64,000 nucleotides of DNA from Nitrospirota bacterium (GTDB taxonomy: Bacteria > Nitrospirota > UBA9217), in assembly GCA_963737155.1 (NCBI GenBank), contig CAVTRN010000002.1, positions 960,001 to 1,024,000 on the forward strand, given 5' to 3'. The notes beneath the pieces are model-generated. The model was not told the DNA's origin. It searched no databases and was given only the letters and a program-made list of their open reading frames with translations. This document shows, one piece after another, positions 61,480-64,000 of the stretch (the stretch's first letter is position 1; each line of letters starts with the position of its first letter). A program made the translations under genes and the position numbers.

Positions 61480-62997
61480 ATGGGTGACTCGATTTCATCT
61501 CCACCTACAGATAAAACAGATAGAATTGCAGTCGATACCTTTGCAGGAAAAGTGCATGTTGAATGGGATTCAACAGCAGCCGTTACACCAATGGGCCAGC
61601 TGGCGTTCTTCATCGATTTTTTGAAGACGGGTGGAATCTACGAACCATGGGTAGCAGACTGTCTACTGCACTACACGAGTCCTAACGCACCCGAGAAGCG
61701 CGATCTTCTCGGTACAGTCCTGTTGTCCGTTCTAGCCGGTCACCATCGTTATTCCCACATGACGAGCGTTCGAAGCGATAATGTCAACCCGGCACTACTC
61801 GGCATGACGAAGGTCGTGAGCGAAGACACCGTACGGCGGGGATTTAAGCAGATGGATGAGCATGCCGGCATCTCATGGCTTACTGAGCACATGAGGCGAT
61901 GTTATGAATCCCTCCTGTGCATGCCATGGATTATGGACGGAGATACGACAGTCAAACCGTTGTACGGAAAACAAGAGGGCGCGGTCATTGGTTACAACCC
62001 GCATAAGCCCGGCAGGCCGTCTCACACCTATCACAGTTACCTGATGGCCAATACCCGGCTTGTTTTGGATGTTGAGGTGCAGGCCGGAAACAAAACAGCA
62101 ACGTGTTACAGCACCCCGGGGTTATGGCAGCTTCTGGAACGACTCCCGCGTCGCTTTTGGCCTGCCTTTTTCCGGGGGGATTCAGGCTGGGGCACGGACG
62201 GCTTCATGAGTCAGGCAGAAGAAAAAGAATTGCCCTATCTCGTGAAGCTACGCCTCACGAAGAACGTGCGGAGGCTTATTGAGAAGGCATTCTATAGTAA
62301 CGATTGGGTAGATGCCGGACAGGGCTGGGAGGGTGTGGAAGAATCCCTTCAACTCATGGGATGGCAGAAATCTCGTCGCGTTATTATCCTTCGACGAGTG
62401 CTCACGGGAGACGTAGCAATAAGCCTGCAGCAGAAGGATCAGATGGAACTTGGGTTTGTGGAAGCGCCCGGAGTTGCCAAGCGATATGAGTATGCAGTAC
62501 TAGCCACCACCCTCAAAGACGAGATTCTCACAATCGCCCAACACTACCGTGATCGTGCGGATGCAGAGAATATTTTTGACGAGTTGAAGAATCAGTGGGG
62601 CTGGGGCGGATATACGACCCGGGACCTTAAGCGCTGCGGCTTCATGGCGCGGACCGTAGCATTAGTTTACAACTGGTGGTCGCTCTTCGTGAGGCTTGCT
62701 CATCCGGACAAACACTTGGAGGCAATTACGAGTCGTCCGCTTCTTCTGCATGCGGTTGGCAAACAAACACGCCATCAAGGGCAGACCATGATGACCATCA
62801 CGAGTGCGCACGCAAGCTCTGGAAAAGTTCAGCGCATTCTCGATGAGATATCCCGCTTTCTAGCAATCCTGAAAACAACTGCGGAGCAGTTGACTCCAGG
62901 TGAACGGTGGCGACGTATCTTGAGCCGTGCATTTTTCAAACTACTGGGTGGAAAACCGTTGCAGGCGCCTGAACTTCTGCCGTTATGGTGTGGATAA
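61480..62997 (+). CDS. IS1380-family DDE transposase
   Basis: MDGDTTVKPLYG, GYNPHKPGRPS, RGDSG, YRDRADAENIFDELK; RBS AAGGAGG. Confidence 0.88.
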   Translation: MGDSISSPPTDKTDRIAVDTFAGKVHVEWDSTAAVTPMGQLAFFIDFLKTGGIYEPWVADCLLHYTSPNAPEKRDLLGTVLLSVLAGHHRYSHMTSVRSDNVNPALLGMTKVVSEDTVRRGFKQMDEHAGISWLTEHMRRCYESLLCMPWIMDGDTTVKPLYGKQEGAVIGYNPHKPGRPSHTYHSYLMANTRLVLDVEVQAGNKTATCYSTPGLWQLLERLPRRFWPAFFRGDSGWGTDGFMSQAEEKELPYLVKLRLTKNVRRLIEKAFYSNDWVDAGQGWEGVEESLQLMGWQKSRRVIILRRVLTGDVAISLQQKDQMELGFVEAPGVAKRYEYAVLATTLKDEILTIAQHYRDRADAENIFDELKNQWGWGGYTTRDLKRCGFMARTVALVYNWWSLFVRLAHPDKHLEAITSRPLLLHAVGKQTRHQGQTMMTITSAHASSGKVQRILDEISRFLAILKTTAEQLTPGERWRRILSRAFFKLLGGKPLQAPELLPLWCG

Positions 62998-63085
62998 GTG
63001 GCTCTGATTAAGGGTAGCTGCTCTTTTTAGTAACTAAAGAATCAAAAGCTTCTCAAAATGGGTAGAACAATTTGGTGAATATGCA

Positions 63086-64000
63086 TTAAACATGCGCCAG
63101 TTGCGGGATTACAGACATATTTCGGATGGTCAATCCCGCAGCGATAACAGCCTTGCCGAGTTTTGAAACGTAGTACTTGTATGTTTTTCCGACTTTCCGA
63201 ATAATGCCGTGGACGTGAAGCCGTTTCAGAATTCTCGTCATGGTACTGCTCGTCACGGATGGCAGCTGTTTTCGTAGAGATTTATTCTGAAGTCCGTTGA
63301 TGTTGAACTCGCCGCGGGCGAGAACCTCGAACAGTTTGAGATCATCGTCGCTGAAGAGATTGAAGCCCTTGTAGGAACGGTCGCCTGTTTCCACGGTCTT
63401 TGAAATTTTATCAAGGTTATTGATTCCCGCGCTTTGGTCGTCGAACGTGGAGATGAACTCAAGATAACGGCGGTTCGAGGCCTTGAAGATCGCCGTAAGG
63501 TCAAACAGGCTGTAGATGTTCTTCTTCATGGGTGCGTTCTTGTGGACAGGATCTCCGATCCGCGACTGGACTTCCCGATAGTGCTTGAACTCCGAGACGT
63601 CGTTGGTCGTGGTCTCAATCCGGAGGATGCTGCCGAACTTGTCGTACATCTTGATGGATGAAGCGCCCATATGGTGCTTGATCCGTGTTCCCTGAATTCG
63701 GGTGTTGAAGTTGTTGCCCATTTCGCCTTGATAATTGCCGTGGAGCTTCCGACCCAGAAAGGTCGCGATATTCTCCGGTTTCACGGAGTGAATGGCGGTT
63801 CGAACGATTTGCTCATACAACGTGTGCAGGTCCGATTGCTTCTTGAAAACGATGTCGGTGGCATATTCCACCTGCATAGTGCTCCAGTGGTAGGTAAGTC
63901 CGTACCCGTTACCGACCGGGCAGTATTGTTTAGCGAATCTGTCCAGTGCATGGTGTAAGTCCGACACCTTGATGCTGTCAGAAAGCTCCTGGGCTTTGGG
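63086..64000 (-). CDS. Rep-initiator-like protein with C-terminal winged helix (putative mobile-element protein), 5' end outside window
   Basis: Frame open to the window edge (PKAQELSDSIKV..); QVEYATDIVF, IKMYDKFGSILRIETT; wHTH ILKRLHVHGIIRKVGKTYKYY. Confidence 0.7.
   Translation of the reverse strand, partial: PKAQELSDSIKVSDLHHALDRFAKQYCPVGNGYGLTYHWSTMQVEYATDIVFKKQSDLHTLYEQIVRTAIHSVKPENIATFLGRKLHGNYQGEMGNNFNTRIQGTRIKHHMGASSIKMYDKFGSILRIETTTNDVSEFKHYREVQSRIGDPVHKNAPMKKNIYSLFDLTAIFKASNRRYLEFISTFDDQSAGINNLDKISKTVETGDRSYKGFNLFSDDDLKLFEVLARGEFNINGLQNKSLRKQLPSVTSSTMTRILKRLHVHGIIRKVGKTYKYYVSKLGKAVIAAGLTIRNMSVIPQLAHV

Larger units (their letters stand above)
59443..63031 (+). mobile_element. IS1380-family element, left end interrupted by an IS1634
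   Basis: Imperfect IRs CTATAAACGGCAGTT (59444) and AGCTGCTCTTTTTAG (ends 63030), 11/15 match; encloses the transposase at 61480-62997; no clear TSD. Confidence 0.6.
42240..64000. mobile_element. Probable degenerate genomic island integrated at tRNA-Lys(CTT); right border not in window
   Basis: Integrase remnant beside the tRNA, AT-rich junction, accessory Tad locus, pseudogenes and an IS cluster. Confidence 0.6.

Overview
Bacterial chromosome segment. Gene order and content (pgpA-cinA-thpR-recA-pilT-alaS, multiheme cytochrome, cydAB) resemble Nitrospirota/Desulfobacterota-type anaerobes; this taxonomy is an inference. From 1 to 9.2 kb on the minus strand there is a multiheme cytochrome c that the ORF track missed, preceded by two signalling modules. 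One is a membrane histidine kinase, a REC-TPR-HEPN-like response regulator and a degenerate OmpA/MotB-like protein. The other is a PocR-GAF-GGDEF protein, an ATPase-RsbW fusion, a STAS protein and a GAF-HD-GYP protein. From 10 to 42 kb lie mostly core genes (B12 radical SAM, cydAB, orphan tailed GroES, a VapBC-type TA pair, the recA region, alaS, ubiB, mltG, ABC permeases) and six tRNAs. From tRNA-Lys(CTT) to the window end is a probable old genomic island. It holds a decayed tyrosine integrase, a Tad/Flp pilus locus with two tandem atypical pilins, a large repeat lipoprotein, a decayed nucleotide cyclase, an IS1634 nested inside an IS1380, and a truncated Rep-like mobile gene. Three short multi-hairpin MITE-like elements are dispersed in the window. 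No CRISPR array or rRNA was seen. All calls come from motif recognition by eye; no searches were run.
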